This document shows positions 48,193 through 59,408 of a stretch of 64,000 bases of DNA, piece by piece. The notes beneath the pieces are model-generated. The model made no database searches, was not told the origin of the DNA, and saw only the letters and a list, made by a program, of their open reading frames with translations. Origin of the DNA: a bacterium (GTDB lineage Bacteria; Patescibacteriota; Patescibacteriia; UBA1558; UBA10009). Where the stretch lies: assembly GCA_018672055.1 (NCBI GenBank), contig JABHGM010000001.1, forward strand, positions 264,884-328,883. Reading direction: 5' to 3'. Made by a program: the position numbers and the translations under genes. Each line of letters opens with the position of its first letter. Position 1 is the stretch's first letter.

Positions 48193-50721
48193 ATGCCAAA
48201 AAAAGCTAGAAAAAAAAGTATAAAAAAAGTAATTAAGAAAAAAGATGCTACTCCTGTTAGCGCTGAGATTTTAGAATTAAATAGAGGTAAAATAGAAGAC
48301 CAGGGTATTGTAGAAGAAATGCAAAGCTCATATTTAGACTATGCTATGAGTGTTATTGTATCTCGCGCTTTGCCTGATGTTCGTGATGGTTTAAAACCTG
48401 TTCATAGACGTATTCTTTATGCTATGTGGACTATTGGTTTAAAAGCTAATGCTAAGTTTAGAAAATCTGCAACAGTAGTTGGTGAAGTTTTAGGTAAGTA
48501 TCATCCTCATGGTGATGTTGCTGTCTATGATTCTATGGTTAGAATGGCTCAAGATTTTGCTATGCGTTACCCTCTAGTTAATGGACAGGGTAACTTTGGT
48601 TCTATGGATGGTGATAGAGCAGCTGCTATGAGATATACTGAAGCTAAATTAACTCATCTATCAGAAGAGCTATTATATGATTTAGATAAAGATACTGTAG
48701 ATTTTATTCCTAATTATGATGGTTCACAACATGAACCTTTAGTATTTCCTGCTAGACTGCCTAATTTACTTTTAAATGGCTCTGTAGGTATTGCTGTTGG
48801 TATGGCTACAAATATTCCACCACATAATTTAACTGAACTCATAGATGGTACTACACATTTAATTAATCATCCAAATGCTTCAGTTGATGATTTAATGGAA
48901 TATATTAAAGGACCTGATTTTCCAACTGGAGCTACTATATATAATATAAAAGAAATAAGAGCAGCCTATACTACTGGTAAAGGCGCAGTAGTAATGAGAG
49001 CTAACTCTGAGATTATTGAAGCTAAAAAAGGTTTCTTTCAAATTATTATTACTGAAATACCATATCAAGTAAATAAATCTAATTTACTTGAAAAGATAGC
49101 TGACCTTGTAAAGAATAAAAAATTAGATGGTATTCGTGATTTAAGAGATGAATCTGATAAAGATGGTGTTAGAATTGTTGTTGATTTAAAACGCGATGCT
49201 TATCCTAAAAAAGTTTTAAATGCATTATATAAACATACTCAATTACAAGATACTTTTCACGTTAACCTTTTAGCCTTAGTTGATGGTATTCAACCAAAGG
49301 TTTTGAATTTAAAAACTATTTTAGAAGAATATATTAAGCATAGAAAGATAGTAATAACCAGAAGGGTTCAATTTGAATTAAATAAAGCTAAAGATAGAGC
49401 ACATATTTTAGAAGGCTTAGCTATGGCTTTAGAATCAATTGATAAGATAATTGCTATAATTAAAAAATCTAAAGATAAAGAAGCTGCTAAAGTAAACTTA
49501 ATGAAAAAGTTTAAGTTTTCTGAAAGACAAGCTATAGCTATTTTAGAAATGAAGTTGCAGCAACTTGCTAATTTAGAAAGATTAAAAGTTGAAGAAGAAT
49601 TAAAAGAAAAGAAAAAGTTGATTAAAGAATTAAAAGGTATTTTAAAAGATCCAAAGAAAGTCTTAGCCATGATAAAGGATGACTTAAAAGAAATTAGAGA
49701 AAAATATGGTGATGAACGTAAGACTAAAGTTGTTAAATCAGCAGTGGGTGAATTTTCTATGGAAGATTTAATTGCTAATGAACCAACTGTAGTTATGGTA
49801 ACTAATGATGGCTATATTAAACGCTTACCACCAGACACCTTTAAAGTACAAGGCAGAGGCGGTAAAGGCGTTGCTGGCTTAACTACTAAGGAAGAAGATA
49901 TTGTAGATCATCTATTTACTACAATGACTCATGTTGATTTAATGTTTTTTACTACACGTGGTCGTTTATTCCAGCTTAAAGCTTATGAAATACCGCAAAC
50001 TTCACGTACTGCTAAGGGGCAAGCTATTGTTAATTTCTTACAGCTTGCACCAGAAGAAAAAGTTTCTGCAATTCTTTCCGTTGAAGATGTATCTTCATTT
50101 AAGAATTTAGTAATGGTAACGAGAAAAGGTTTAATTAAAAAAGTAGAACTTGAAAAATTCCAAAATGTTAGAAGAACCGGTTTAATTGCAATTAAATTAA
50201 AAGATGGTGATCAGCTTGAATGGGTTAAACCATCTGCTGGTAAAGATAATATTGTTTTAATATCAGCACATGGCCAAGCAATACGTTTTAGAGAGAAAGA
50301 TGTTAGAGCTATGGGTAGAGGCGCTGCTGGTGTTCGTGGTATCAAATTTAAAAAAGAAGATGATGAAATAGTAGGTATGGATATTTTAGATAATGGTAAG
50401 GCAACGCCTACTGAACAATTATTAGTTGTTATGTCTAATGGTTATGGTAAGAGAACTCCACTTACTCAATACAAAGTACAAGGTAGAGGCGGTACTGGTA
50501 TTAAAACAGCTACTGTAACTGACAAGACAGGTCCTATTGAAGCTGCTTTTATTGTTAACGCCAAGCTAGTTGATGAAGATTTAGTTATAATCTCAAATAA
50601 AGGACAAGTAATACGTTTACCACTTAAGTCTGTAAATGTAATTGGTAGAGCTACTCAAGGTGTTAAACTTATGAGTTTCAAAGAAAAAGGTGATGAAGTT
50701 GCTTCAGTAACCTTTATATAA
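48193..50721 (+). CDS. gyrA: DNA gyrase subunit A
   Basis: [23 protein letters not shown], GyrA-box QGRGGKG; probable ATG at 48193. Confidence 0.98.
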   Translation: MPKKARKKSIKKVIKKKDATPVSAEILELNRGKIEDQGIVEEMQSSYLDYAMSVIVSRALPDVRDGLKPVHRRILYAMWTIGLKANAKFRKSATVVGEVLGKYHPHGDVAVYDSMVRMAQDFAMRYPLVNGQGNFGSMDGDRAAAMRYTEAKLTHLSEELLYDLDKDTVDFIPNYDGSQHEPLVFPARLPNLLLNGSVGIAVGMATNIPPHNLTELIDGTTHLINHPNASVDDLMEYIKGPDFPTGATIYNIKEIRAAYTTGKGAVVMRANSEIIEAKKGFFQIIITEIPYQVNKSNLLEKIADLVKNKKLDGIRDLRDESDKDGVRIVVDLKRDAYPKKVLNALYKHTQLQDTFHVNLLALVDGIQPKVLNLKTILEEYIKHRKIVITRRVQFELNKAKDRAHILEGLAMALESIDKIIAIIKKSKDKEAAKVNLMKKFKFSERQAIAILEMKLQQLANLERLKVEEELKEKKKLIKELKGILKDPKKVLAMIKDDLKEIREKYGDERKTKVVKSAVGEFSMEDLIANEPTVVMVTNDGYIKRLPPDTFKVQGRGGKGVAGLTTKEEDIVDHLFTTMTHVDLMFFTTRGRLFQLKAYEIPQTSRTAKGQAIVNFLQLAPEEKVSAILSVEDVSSFKNLVMVTRKGLIKKVELEKFQNVRRTGLIAIKLKDGDQLEWVKPSAGKDNIVLISAHGQAIRFREKDVRAMGRGAAGVRGIKFKKEDDEIVGMDILDNGKATPTEQLLVVMSNGYGKRTPLTQYKVQGRGGTGIKTATVTDKTGPIEAAFIVNAKLVDEDLVIISNKGQVIRLPLKSVNVIGRATQGVKLMSFKEKGDEVASVTFI

Positions 50722-50739
50722 TAATTAATAGATAAATAT

Positions 50740-51708
50740 ATGATGACTGGAAAACAGATCTACAAATTAGCTATTGATCTTGGTATAAAGAATGATTTAA
50801 GAGGATCAAAATTAGTTAAAGATAGATTAAAAAGAACTAATGATAAGTATAATAAGTTAGGTGATGATGAAAAAAATGAATTTGATAATGAATTATTAAA
50901 TAATCCATATTCTGATACCAGATATTTTGGTGACTTAGATAAAAAAGTAAAAAGAGTTTTAACCGGTATTGATATTGGTACTGGTGAAGTAATGTTAGCA
51001 AATAAATTATCTGAAAAAAAATCTATTGATCTAATTATAGCTCATCATCCTGAAGGCTCAGGACTCGCCGCTCTAGGTGAAGTAATGAGTATGCAAGCAG
51101 AAGTACTAGCAACTTACGGCGTACCTATAAACATAGCTGAGAATTTAATTAAAATGAGAATGAGTGAAGTAGGCAGAGCTGTAGCTCCGGCTAATCATTA
51201 TCAAGCCATTGATGCAGCTGAGTTACTTGATATGCCACTTATGTGTTGCCATACTCCAGCAGATAATCTGGTAGCTACTTTTTTAAGTAACTATATTAAA
51301 AAGAATCAAAAGAAATTAACTTATGTTGAAGATTTAGTTAGCCTCTTAAAAGATATTCCAGAGTATAAGCAAGCAATTCAAATGAAAGCTGGTCCTAGAT
51401 TATTTACTGGTAAAAATGATAATTATTTAGGTAAGATTGCAGTAACTGAAATAACTGGCGGTACTTCAGGGCATAAGGATATATATAAGCATATGGCAAA
51501 TGCAGGCATTGGTACTATTGTAGCTATGCATATGAAAGAAGAGCATAGAGAAGAAGCTTCTAAAGCTCATTTAAATATTGTTATAGCGGGACATATGTCT
51601 TCTGATTCAATTGGTATGAATCTATTCTTAGATGAACTGGAAAAGAAAGGTGTAGAAGTAATACCATGTTCTGGAATAATACGTCATAAGAGATTTAAGA
51701 AAAAATAA
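50740..51708 (+). CDS. NIF3 (NGG1p-interacting factor 3)-like protein
   Basis: GIDIG, AHHPEG, HTPADN, AGHMSSDSIG. Confidence 0.85.
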   Translation: MMTGKQIYKLAIDLGIKNDLRGSKLVKDRLKRTNDKYNKLGDDEKNEFDNELLNNPYSDTRYFGDLDKKVKRVLTGIDIGTGEVMLANKLSEKKSIDLIIAHHPEGSGLAALGEVMSMQAEVLATYGVPINIAENLIKMRMSEVGRAVAPANHYQAIDAAELLDMPLMCCHTPADNLVATFLSNYIKKNQKKLTYVEDLVSLLKDIPEYKQAIQMKAGPRLFTGKNDNYLGKIAVTEITGGTSGHKDIYKHMANAGIGTIVAMHMKEEHREEASKAHLNIVIAGHMSSDSIGMNLFLDELEKKGVEVIPCSGIIRHKRFKKK

Positions 51709-51799
51709 TATATATAAAAAATGATCATTCAAAACGGTCATTTTTTGATTAAAAAAACCACTCAATAAATGAGTGGTTCTGTAGATCAAATTGATCTAT

Positions 51800-52171
51800 T
51801 TAATTTAGTTTTGCTCCAGGGCTTGTTGCTATTTGAACTTCTTCAAGTAGCAGTGAAGGAATTAATGTAAGCATACTAAATGTTCCGGCTACCAGAAGTT
51901 CGACTTCCCCTGCCTCTACTAATCTTTCAGCCATTGGAACATTCAGAAGAATGATTATTGGGATATTTTTAGCTAATTTTTTTAACTCTTCTGCTTTTCT
52001 TATCCGACCCCTTAAGATGAGGACAATATTATTTTTTTGTTCCAGTAATTTTTTTGCTTCATTAATATTTTCGCATTGAATCATTTCGTAACCATGTCGA
52101 TAAAAAATTTCAACATAAGTTCCCATTGAGGTAGAATTTCCTACCCATAGTATTTGTTTGTATTCTTTCAA
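51800..52171 (-). CDS. degenerate receiver-like hypothetical protein (orphan unit)
   Basis: QILWV...GYE...IPIIIL pattern lacking the acidic residues; AAGGAGA SD with TTG start. Confidence 0.5.
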   Translation of the reverse strand: MKEYKQILWVGNSTSMGTYVEIFYRHGYEMIQCENINEAKKLLEQKNNIVLILRGRIRKAEELKKLAKNIPIIILLNVPMAERLVEAGEVELLVAGTFSMLTLIPSLLLEEVQIATSPGAKLN

Positions 52172-52295
52172 TGTGCTTTCTCCTTTTATTTACTTTTATT
52201 TTAATTTATTGTATATAATATACTATATTAGTGTATTTGTCAAGAGTATTAGGTATTGCTTGTAAATAAGATAAAAAAATGATAATCTTGGGTAT

Positions 52296-53321
52296 ATGTC
52301 AGATGAAAAACTTACCTCTGCTAAGACCAGAGAAGAAGATAAAAGTTTAGATGCTACCTTAAGACCTAATAACCTTAAAGAGTATTTTGGTCAGGAAAAA
52401 ATTAAAGGAAATCTCCTTATCTTCATGGAAGCTGCTAAACAGAGAAAAGAACCTATTGAACATGTCTTATTATATGGTCCGCCTGGACTTGGCAAAACAA
52501 CTCTAGCTCATATTATCGCTAAAGAGATGAATGTTAATATTCGAGTTACTTCAGGACCTGCTATTGAAAGAGCTGGTGATTTAGCTGCTATTCTAACAAA
52601 TTTAGAAGATGGTGATATTCTATTTATTGACGAAATACATAGATTAAATAAATTAATAGAAGAAGTACTGTATCCAGCTATGGAAGATTATGCTTTAGAT
52701 ATTGTGGTGGGTAAAGGGCCTTCAGCTCGTACTCTAAGGCTAGATTTGCCCAAATTTACCATTATTGGGGCTACTACTAGGTATAATCTATTATCTTCTC
52801 CATTACGTGATAGATTTGGTTCTACCTATCGTTTGAATTACTATAATCACCCTGAAATAGAGCAGATTATAAATAGAAGTGCTCGTATATTAGATATAGA
52901 TATAGAAGATATTGAATCAGCTAAAATGTTAGCTAAAAGAAGCAGGTTAACACCAAGAATAGCAAATAGGCTATTAAAAAGAGTTAGAGATTTTGCTCAG
53001 GTAAAAGGTACTGGTAAATTGAATAAAGATATAACTAGAGCTGCTTTAAAATTATTGGAAGTAGATAATCAAGGACTTGATGATTTAGATAGAAAAATAA
53101 TGGAAATTATTATTGAAAGATTTAAAGGTGGTCCAGTAGGTTTAAATTCCATAGCTGCTTCTGTTCAAGAAGAAGATGGTACTATCGAAGAAATATATGA
53201 ACCATATTTAATGCAACTTGGTTTTTTAATTAGAACTCCTAGAGGCAGAGTAGTAACTGAACATGGTTACAAACATTTAGGTTTAGAAGTGCCTAGTGAA
53301 TTACAAGAAAAATTATTATGA
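52296..53321 (+). CDS. ruvB: Holliday junction branch migration helicase RuvB
   Basis: [38 protein letters not shown]. Confidence 0.98.
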   Translation: MSDEKLTSAKTREEDKSLDATLRPNNLKEYFGQEKIKGNLLIFMEAAKQRKEPIEHVLLYGPPGLGKTTLAHIIAKEMNVNIRVTSGPAIERAGDLAAILTNLEDGDILFIDEIHRLNKLIEEVLYPAMEDYALDIVVGKGPSARTLRLDLPKFTIIGATTRYNLLSSPLRDRFGSTYRLNYYNHPEIEQIINRSARILDIDIEDIESAKMLAKRSRLTPRIANRLLKRVRDFAQVKGTGKLNKDITRAALKLLEVDNQGLDDLDRKIMEIIIERFKGGPVGLNSIAASVQEEDGTIEEIYEPYLMQLGFLIRTPRGRVVTEHGYKHLGLEVPSELQEKLL

Positions 53322-53962
53322 AAAAGTTTAAAGCTATAATATTTGATATGGATGGAGTTATTGTTAACTCTGAAGAGCTTTGGGAAAAAAGTGGAATTGA
53401 TTTTTATAAAAAACATGTTCCTAATATTACACCTGAAGTATGTGCTAAGTTTCCAGGTTTAAATATGCGTGGCGTTTATCAATTAGTTAAGAAGGAATTC
53501 AAAATAAATGTTATTGAAGAAGATTTTGTAAATGACTTTAGTAATTTTGGAGTGGATAATATTTATTATAACGTTGAATTAGTACCAGGGGTTAAAGAAT
53601 TAATTATTGAATTATCTAAAGAATATGATTTAGCTATAGCTAGTGCTGCTCCTTGGGCTTGGATTAATGTAGTATTTGAGCGCTTTAAATTAGAGAAATA
53701 TTTTAAAGTATCTCTGTCAGCTAATGATGATATATCGGGACGTGGCAAACCTGAACCTGATATATATTTAGAAACAGCTAAAAGATTAGGTCTTGAACCA
53801 GAGGATTGTTTAGTGATTGAAGATGCTAAAAACGGGGTTTTATCTGGTATTGCAGCCGGTATGACTGTTTATGGTTTTCAGAATTCTAGAATAAGGATTC
53901 CTCAAGATGTTTCTATGGCTAATAAAGTTTTTACGGACTTCAAAGATTTTCCTAAGATATGA
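53318..53962 (+). CDS. HAD family phosphatase
   Basis: [23 protein letters not shown]. Confidence 0.9.
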   Translation: MKKFKAIIFDMDGVIVNSEELWEKSGIDFYKKHVPNITPEVCAKFPGLNMRGVYQLVKKEFKINVIEEDFVNDFSNFGVDNIYYNVELVPGVKELIIELSKEYDLAIASAAPWAWINVVFERFKLEKYFKVSLSANDDISGRGKPEPDIYLETAKRLGLEPEDCLVIEDAKNGVLSGIAAGMTVYGFQNSRIRIPQDVSMANKVFTDFKDFPKI

Positions 53963-54492
53963 AAAAGTTATTACTTCATACATGTTGCGCGCCTTGTGCT
54001 ATATATGTAGCCATGAAATTAAAAGAAGATTACAAGGTAACCTTGTTTTTTTATAACTCAAATATATATCCAGAAACAGAGTATTTAAAAAGATATAATG
54101 AAATAAAGAAATGGGCAGAGAAAGAAAAAATAGTTATGATTCAAGGTGAATTTGATCAAGAAAATTGGTTTTCTAAAGTAAAAGGTCTAGAGCAAGAACC
54201 AGAAGGCGGAGTTAGATGCGCTGTTTGTTATAAGAAACGTTTAGAAGAAACAGCTAAATATGCCAGTGAAAATGATTTTCATATATTTACCACTACTTTA
54301 ACTATAAGCCCGCATAAGAAAGCAAGTATTATCAATTCTATTGGCTTAAAGTTATCAGAAGATTATAATATAGAATTTATTGAAGCTGATTGGAAGAAAC
54401 AAGATGGTTTTAAAAAAGCTTGCGAATTATCTCGTCAGCAAGGTTTTTATAGGCAAGAGTATTGTGGTTGTAAATTTAGTATAAGGGAATAA
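53959..54492 (+). CDS. queH: epoxyqueuosine reductase QueH (DUF208)
   Basis: LLHTCCAPC, RCAVC, ISPHK, YRQEYCGC. Confidence 0.92.
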   Translation: MKKLLLHTCCAPCAIYVAMKLKEDYKVTLFFYNSNIYPETEYLKRYNEIKKWAEKEKIVMIQGEFDQENWFSKVKGLEQEPEGGVRCAVCYKKRLEETAKYASENDFHIFTTTLTISPHKKASIINSIGLKLSEDYNIEFIEADWKKQDGFKKACELSRQQGFYRQEYCGCKFSIRE

Positions 54493-54524
54493 AAAAACTC
54501 GTTAACTTTTGTAGCTTAACGAGT

Positions 54525-55313
54525 TTATATTGTGTATTCATTATTTGCTTTTTCAATATCTTCTAATGTTCCTAGATCAAAGCGTCCTAAGATTTTAAAG
54601 GTTTTAAGTTTAAAACCTTTTTTTGTTAGCCATTGGATAAAGAATCCAGGGGCATCATTATTAGATAATTCAGGTATTTCATTTAGGAAGGTAGTAAGTT
54701 GCTTAATAACATTTTGCTTTAAGTAGCAAAGTGAAGGATAAGCAAATTTACTTAATGGCTTACTAGGTTTTTCAATGAAGTCTATTAATGTTTCATTTTC
54801 AATTATTAAATTACCTTTTTGAACCATAATATCTTGATTGAACTCTTCATAATAAGTAATAGCACCATTAGCAGAGCTTTGTGCAAATTTAATGAATTTG
54901 TTTAGATTTAGATTTTTAAACAGGGTATCACCAGCTAAGATCATAATATCATCTTGAATATTTTTTTGATCTAAAGCAAATTGAGTATCCTTATTTGAAC
55001 CTAATCTATTTTCATTACAAGCAGTATTATCATTAATGATATTAGTAATTGGAAAATCGAACTTTTCTGCCCAATCAGTAAATAATGAGCAGAAAGCTTG
55101 ATTAGTTATTATATATATATCATTAATATCTAATCCTGCATTTTGTAATTTTTGTATTAAGTGCTGTACAACTGGTATTTCTTTAATAGGTATCAAGGCT
55201 TTAGAGATGCCTTTGTTATCTATAGATATTCTATTAAATGAATTATCATTTAATATTTCTAAAGATTTTTGTAGCCTTGTACCGTAGCCAGCTGCTTGAA
55301 TTAGTATTTTCAT
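54525..55313 (-). CDS. sugar-phosphate nucleotidyltransferase family protein
   Basis: AAGYGTRL, KALIPI, AGDTL, FIEKP, FDLG. Confidence 0.85.
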   Translation of the reverse strand: MKILIQAAGYGTRLQKSLEILNDNSFNRISIDNKGISKALIPIKEIPVVQHLIQKLQNAGLDINDIYIITNQAFCSLFTDWAEKFDFPITNIINDNTACNENRLGSNKDTQFALDQKNIQDDIMILAGDTLFKNLNLNKFIKFAQSSANGAITYYEEFNQDIMVQKGNLIIENETLIDFIEKPSKPLSKFAYPSLCYLKQNVIKQLTTFLNEIPELSNNDAPGFFIQWLTKKGFKLKTFKILGRFDLGTLEDIEKANNEYTI

Positions 55314-55399
55314 AATTCTCCTTCTAGTTTGGACTTTAGTTTTTTACTAAAACTACTATTTCTTGTAATTTTTGTCAAATACTATAGAATAATAGAGAT

Positions 55400-56437
55400 A
55401 TGAAATTAGATGATTTTAATTACAATTTACCTCATAAATTAATAGCTCAGAAATCTATTAAACCTAGAGATCACTCTAAATTAATGGTTATTAGCAGGAA
55501 AAAGAAGAGTATAGAGCATAAACGCTTTTTTAATATTTTAGAATATTTAAATAAAGGTGATGTTTTAGTTTTAAATAATACTAAAGTATTTCCAGCAAGA
55601 CTTATTGGTAAACGTAAAGACACTGGTGGCAAAGTAGAAATATTTCTTTTAAATAGTATTACTTCAAATAAGTGGCACGTATTAATTGGTAATAAAAGAA
55701 AAAAAGTAGGGCAAGTTATTTCTTTTGCTAAAGATCTTGAGTGTATTATAGAAAAACAAGTTGATGAATCTATTTGGCTGGTTAAATTTAATAAGCAAGG
55801 TAATATTTTAAATAAACTAATTGATGATATTGGACAAGTACCTACACCACCATATATTAATATTCCTGAAGCTAAGAAAAAGAGCAAAAGTTTAAAAGAG
55901 GAATATCAAACTGTTTATGCTACGAACAGAGGTTCAGTTGCAGCACCTACTGCTGGGTTTCATTTTACTAAGAGTTTAATAAATAGGTTAAAGAAAAAAG
56001 GTATTAAGTTTGAGTATGTTACTTTGCATGTAGGGTTTGGTACATTTGAACCTATTAAAATAGATAATGTTAAAAAACATAAGATGCATTCTGAACTAGC
56101 AATGATTGATAAAAAAACAGCTACTAGTTTAAATAAAGCAAAAAAAGATAATAAACGTATTATAGCTGTTGGTACTACCACTGTACGCACTTTAGAAGCT
56201 TTTAGCGTTAAGAATAAAATAAGCTCAGGCAGTAAACAAGTAACTATATTTATTTATCCAGGTTATAAATTTAAATTTGTTGATGCTTTAATAACAAACT
56301 TCCATTTACCAAAATCTACTCTATTAATGTTAGTATCAGCTTTTTCTTCAAGACCTTTTATATTAAAAATCTATAATATAGCTGTTAAGAAAAAATATAG
56401 ATTCTTTTCTTTTGGTGATGCTATGTTTATAGAATAA
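55400..56437 (+). CDS. queA: SAM:tRNA ribosyltransferase-isomerase
   Basis: NNTKVFPARL, PPYI, GSVAAPTAGFHF, VGTTTVRTLE, NFHLPKSTL, FSFGDAM. Confidence 0.97.
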   Translation: MKLDDFNYNLPHKLIAQKSIKPRDHSKLMVISRKKKSIEHKRFFNILEYLNKGDVLVLNNTKVFPARLIGKRKDTGGKVEIFLLNSITSNKWHVLIGNKRKKVGQVISFAKDLECIIEKQVDESIWLVKFNKQGNILNKLIDDIGQVPTPPYINIPEAKKKSKSLKEEYQTVYATNRGSVAAPTAGFHFTKSLINRLKKKGIKFEYVTLHVGFGTFEPIKIDNVKKHKMHSELAMIDKKTATSLNKAKKDNKRIIAVGTTTVRTLEAFSVKNKISSGSKQVTIFIYPGYKFKFVDALITNFHLPKSTLLMLVSAFSSRPFILKIYNIAVKKKYRFFSFGDAMFIE

Positions 56438-56659
56438 AAAGTATCAGATAACAAAAACTCCGTTTTTTAGACGTGAGCTTTTGTTTTTATTTTTATTTTT
56501 GAGTAATTCACTTGATTCTTATTAAGGTACAAATCGATGGATAGTCGATTAAGTTAAAAAGTATAAACTTATTTAACGGTTGTAAGTCCCTTCTTATTGT
56601 TTTTAACCAATGAGTTACTCATTTTATATGTAAATATACAAATAACAAATTAAAAAGGC

Positions 56660-56863
56660 TTATCTAATAAGATAGCCGTCTTCTAAAAGATTACTAGTTT
56701 GATTTAAATTAACCTTTTCAGGTAATTCATAAATTGTTTCAGCTATAACTTTATTTACTTGAACGTTTTCTAAGGTTACAGACATAAGCTTAGAAACGCC
56801 GATTACTATTAGGAAGCAGATAGTAATAGCTAAAATAGTATTAGTTTTTGAATCATTTTTCAT
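56660..56863 (-). CDS. small membrane-anchored protein
   Basis: 67 aa, single TM. Confidence 0.45.
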   Translation of the reverse strand: MKNDSKTNTILAITICFLIVIGVSKLMSVTLENVQVNKVIAETIYELPEKVNLNQTSNLLEDGYLIR

Positions 56864-57332
56864 TTTATTTTTGTTTTGGTGGTTTTTACCTTTTTATTTT
56901 TGAGTAAAAACCTTTTTGTTTTATTTGGCTAAGGCATCAAAAAAAGACTTGTATTCATAGCCTTATAATTACAGTATAGCATACATTTATGAAAAAGTCA
57001 AGAAAAAACCGTCAAATAATGACGGTTTTGAAAATAATTATTTAAATTGGGAACGTAGAATTTAAATAATATTATGTAATGAGACAGAGAAGATTACCTC
57101 CTTTAAGCTTTACTTGTTCCCCAGCTGAAACCTAAGTGATCTGTCATGTGTTCCTCCTTTAGCTATTATGATACGTGGTATCGATTTTAGTAAATGAGTA
57201 AAATGTTTTATTCTCCAAAATCGATTACTATTAGTATACTTTTGAAAAGTTTTCAAGCCATCCTCCTTATTATGTTATAGAAATTTAGTAATTTAATTAT
57301 ACGAATTAATTTATATTTTGAAAAGTGGATAA

Positions 57333-58400
57333 TTATGTATTAAATAGGAAATAGACTGTTTCGCCATCTTTCATGATATAATCTTTACCTTCAGTCCTTA
57401 TTAAGCCTTTTTCTTTAGCTTGAGCTTCACCGCCAGTTTCAATTAAATCTTGCCAATTTACTATTTCAGCTCTAATGAAACCTTCTTCAAAATCGGTATG
57501 TATTTTGCCTGCTGCTTGAGGGGCATTAGAACCTTGCTTAATTGTCCAAGCATGTGCTTCTTTAGGTCCTGCTGTGAAAAAAGTAATTAAATCAAGAAGC
57601 TCATATGATTTTAATATTAATTTATCAAGTCCTGTTTCAGAAATATTTAATTCATTTAAATATTCTTTTACTTCTTTTTCTTCCATTGAAGCAAGTTCTG
57701 ATTCTAATTTAGCACATATTGTTAAATATGGTTCTTTAGCATCTGGTATTTTTTTAGTAATATCATTTTCTGATACATTGTATACGTATAGTATTGGTTT
57801 ATATGTTAAGAGGCTAAAACTTTTTATATATCCTTTATCTTCTTCATTTACTTCGTAGTTAATAGCGAATTTTTCTTCTTCTAAGGTTTCTTTTAAACCT
57901 CTTAGTATTTCTAATTGTTTTAGTAGTTGCTTATCACTACTACTCTTACCTTGTTTTTCTAATTTACTTAAACTTGTAGTTACTGTTTCTAAGTCAGATA
58001 AAATTAATTCTAAATTTAATGTTTTAATATCATCTGTTGGATCTATTTTTCCATGAACATGAATAATATCATCATTTTTAAAATCTCTAACTACTTCTAC
58101 TATTGCATCTACTTCTCTTATATGTGACAAAAACTTATTACCTAAGCCTTCTCCCTTAGAAGCTCCTTTAACTAGACCAGCAATATCAACAAATTCAATA
58201 GTAGTAGGTACATATTTTTCTGAATTATATAGTTTAGCTAGTTTATCTAGTCTGTTATCTGGTACAGCTACTATACCTACGTTAGGTTCAATAGTGCAAA
58301 ATGGGTAATTAGAAGCATCTACCTGTTTTTTAGTTAGAGCTGTAAATAATGTTGATTTTCCTACGTTGGGTAAACCAACGATACCTATACTAAATGACAT
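57333..58400 (-). CDS. ychF: redox-regulated ATPase YchF
   Basis: GLPNVGKS, YPFCTIEPN, DIAGLV, FFTAG, IHTDF. Confidence 0.97.
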   Translation of the reverse strand: MSFSIGIVGLPNVGKSTLFTALTKKQVDASNYPFCTIEPNVGIVAVPDNRLDKLAKLYNSEKYVPTTIEFVDIAGLVKGASKGEGLGNKFLSHIREVDAIVEVVRDFKNDDIIHVHGKIDPTDDIKTLNLELILSDLETVTTSLSKLEKQGKSSSDKQLLKQLEILRGLKETLEEEKFAINYEVNEEDKGYIKSFSLLTYKPILYVYNVSENDITKKIPDAKEPYLTICAKLESELASMEEKEVKEYLNELNISETGLDKLILKSYELLDLITFFTAGPKEAHAWTIKQGSNAPQAAGKIHTDFEEGFIRAEIVNWQDLIETGGEAQAKEKGLIRTEGKDYIMKDGETVYFLFNT

Positions 58401-58479
58401 ATTAGTTTAAAGAATACTACTTATATATGGTATTTGTCAAATAAATTGAAAAGCTACTCATATGAGTAGCTTTTATAAA

Positions 58480-58737
58480 TTAGTCCATCCCGACCATTTT
58501 ATTGCACAGTATACAAAAGTGTCCACCACCAGCAGATCTTTCTCTTAAATTTTCAGGGTGAGCACACTGGTCTTCTGGAATATTTAGTTCAGAACAAGTT
58601 TTAAGAATATTATCTTCAACCTGCTCTTGTTCAATGATCATTCTTTGAATCATTTCTCTTTTTTCCAAAAGTACTAAAAGTTGTTCCTTTTCAGTATCTG
58701 GTATTAAGTGAAGCATCTGCGCTAATTCAGAATTCAT
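58480..58737 (-). CDS. small protein with C-terminal CxH...CxxC (orphan unit)
   Basis: CAHP...FCILC; GGAGGAG SD. Confidence 0.6.
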   Translation of the reverse strand: MNSELAQMLHLIPDTEKEQLLVLLEKREMIQRMIIEQEQVEDNILKTCSELNIPEDQCAHPENLRERSAGGGHFCILCNKMVGMD

Positions 58738-58879
58738 AACTCCTCCGGATTATGGTTATCATCAAATATATGACAATTCATTAACAAATTAGCACGTATA
58801 TTATTTTCAGTCAATAGTAGATTTATAAATAAAAAAGCTACTTTTTGAGTAGCTTTATTGAAAAATGGGAAACAGTCAT

Positions 58880-59269
58880 TTAGTCTCCATAACGTTGACC
58901 GCACAATATACATTGTCGAAAATCTGTATTATCTTGAACAAAATCTTTTGGATGTGAGCAATCAGATTCTTTAATTGGATATTGAGATGTTACATTTCCT
59001 ATCAACCAATTCAAATCTTTTAATGACTCATCAGTTTTTGCTAATGTTTTTTGGAGGCCCTTTTTTATTTTTTCAGCACTTACTTTTTGAGATATTATGA
59101 TCATCAGATGGGTCTGTACTTCCTCTGGGAATTGTTTGATTATTTTATTCAAATCATCTCTATCTTCAATTTTTTCAAAGAAACTAAATTCTACAGTACT
59201 TGCAAATTCTTCTGGTGAATCCATTCTTTTTGATTTATCTGACTTTACTTTCTTCTTATCATCTGACAT
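58880..59269 (-). CDS. probable paralog of 58480..58737 (orphan unit)
   Basis: CSHP...QCILC; AAGGAGAG SD; near-identical terminator. Confidence 0.6.
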   Translation of the reverse strand: MSDDKKKVKSDKSKRMDSPEEFASTVEFSFFEKIEDRDDLNKIIKQFPEEVQTHLMIIISQKVSAEKIKKGLQKTLAKTDESLKDLNWLIGNVTSQYPIKESDCSHPKDFVQDNTDFRQCILCGQRYGD

Positions 59270-59408
59270 TATTCTCTCCTTTATATATTTAAGGTACTAA
59301 TTATGTATTGGCACCTTAGCAAAATGTAGTCTTTTGGTCAATAGTTAGCTAACTAGCTTTTTTTAGAGCTTTAACCTATAATGGAATAACTAAATATTAA
59401 ATAAATAT

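Noticed and set aside
6829-59300. Short ORFs antisense to or overlapping clear genes (e.g. 6829, 8265, 9762, 11064, 12616, 17616, 19405, 19942, 20898, 25417, 35794, 44191, 46293, 49368, 53566, 54532, 55471, 55960, 57574, 59097)
   Set aside because: Shadow frames of better-supported genes with no motifs or independent expression signals.
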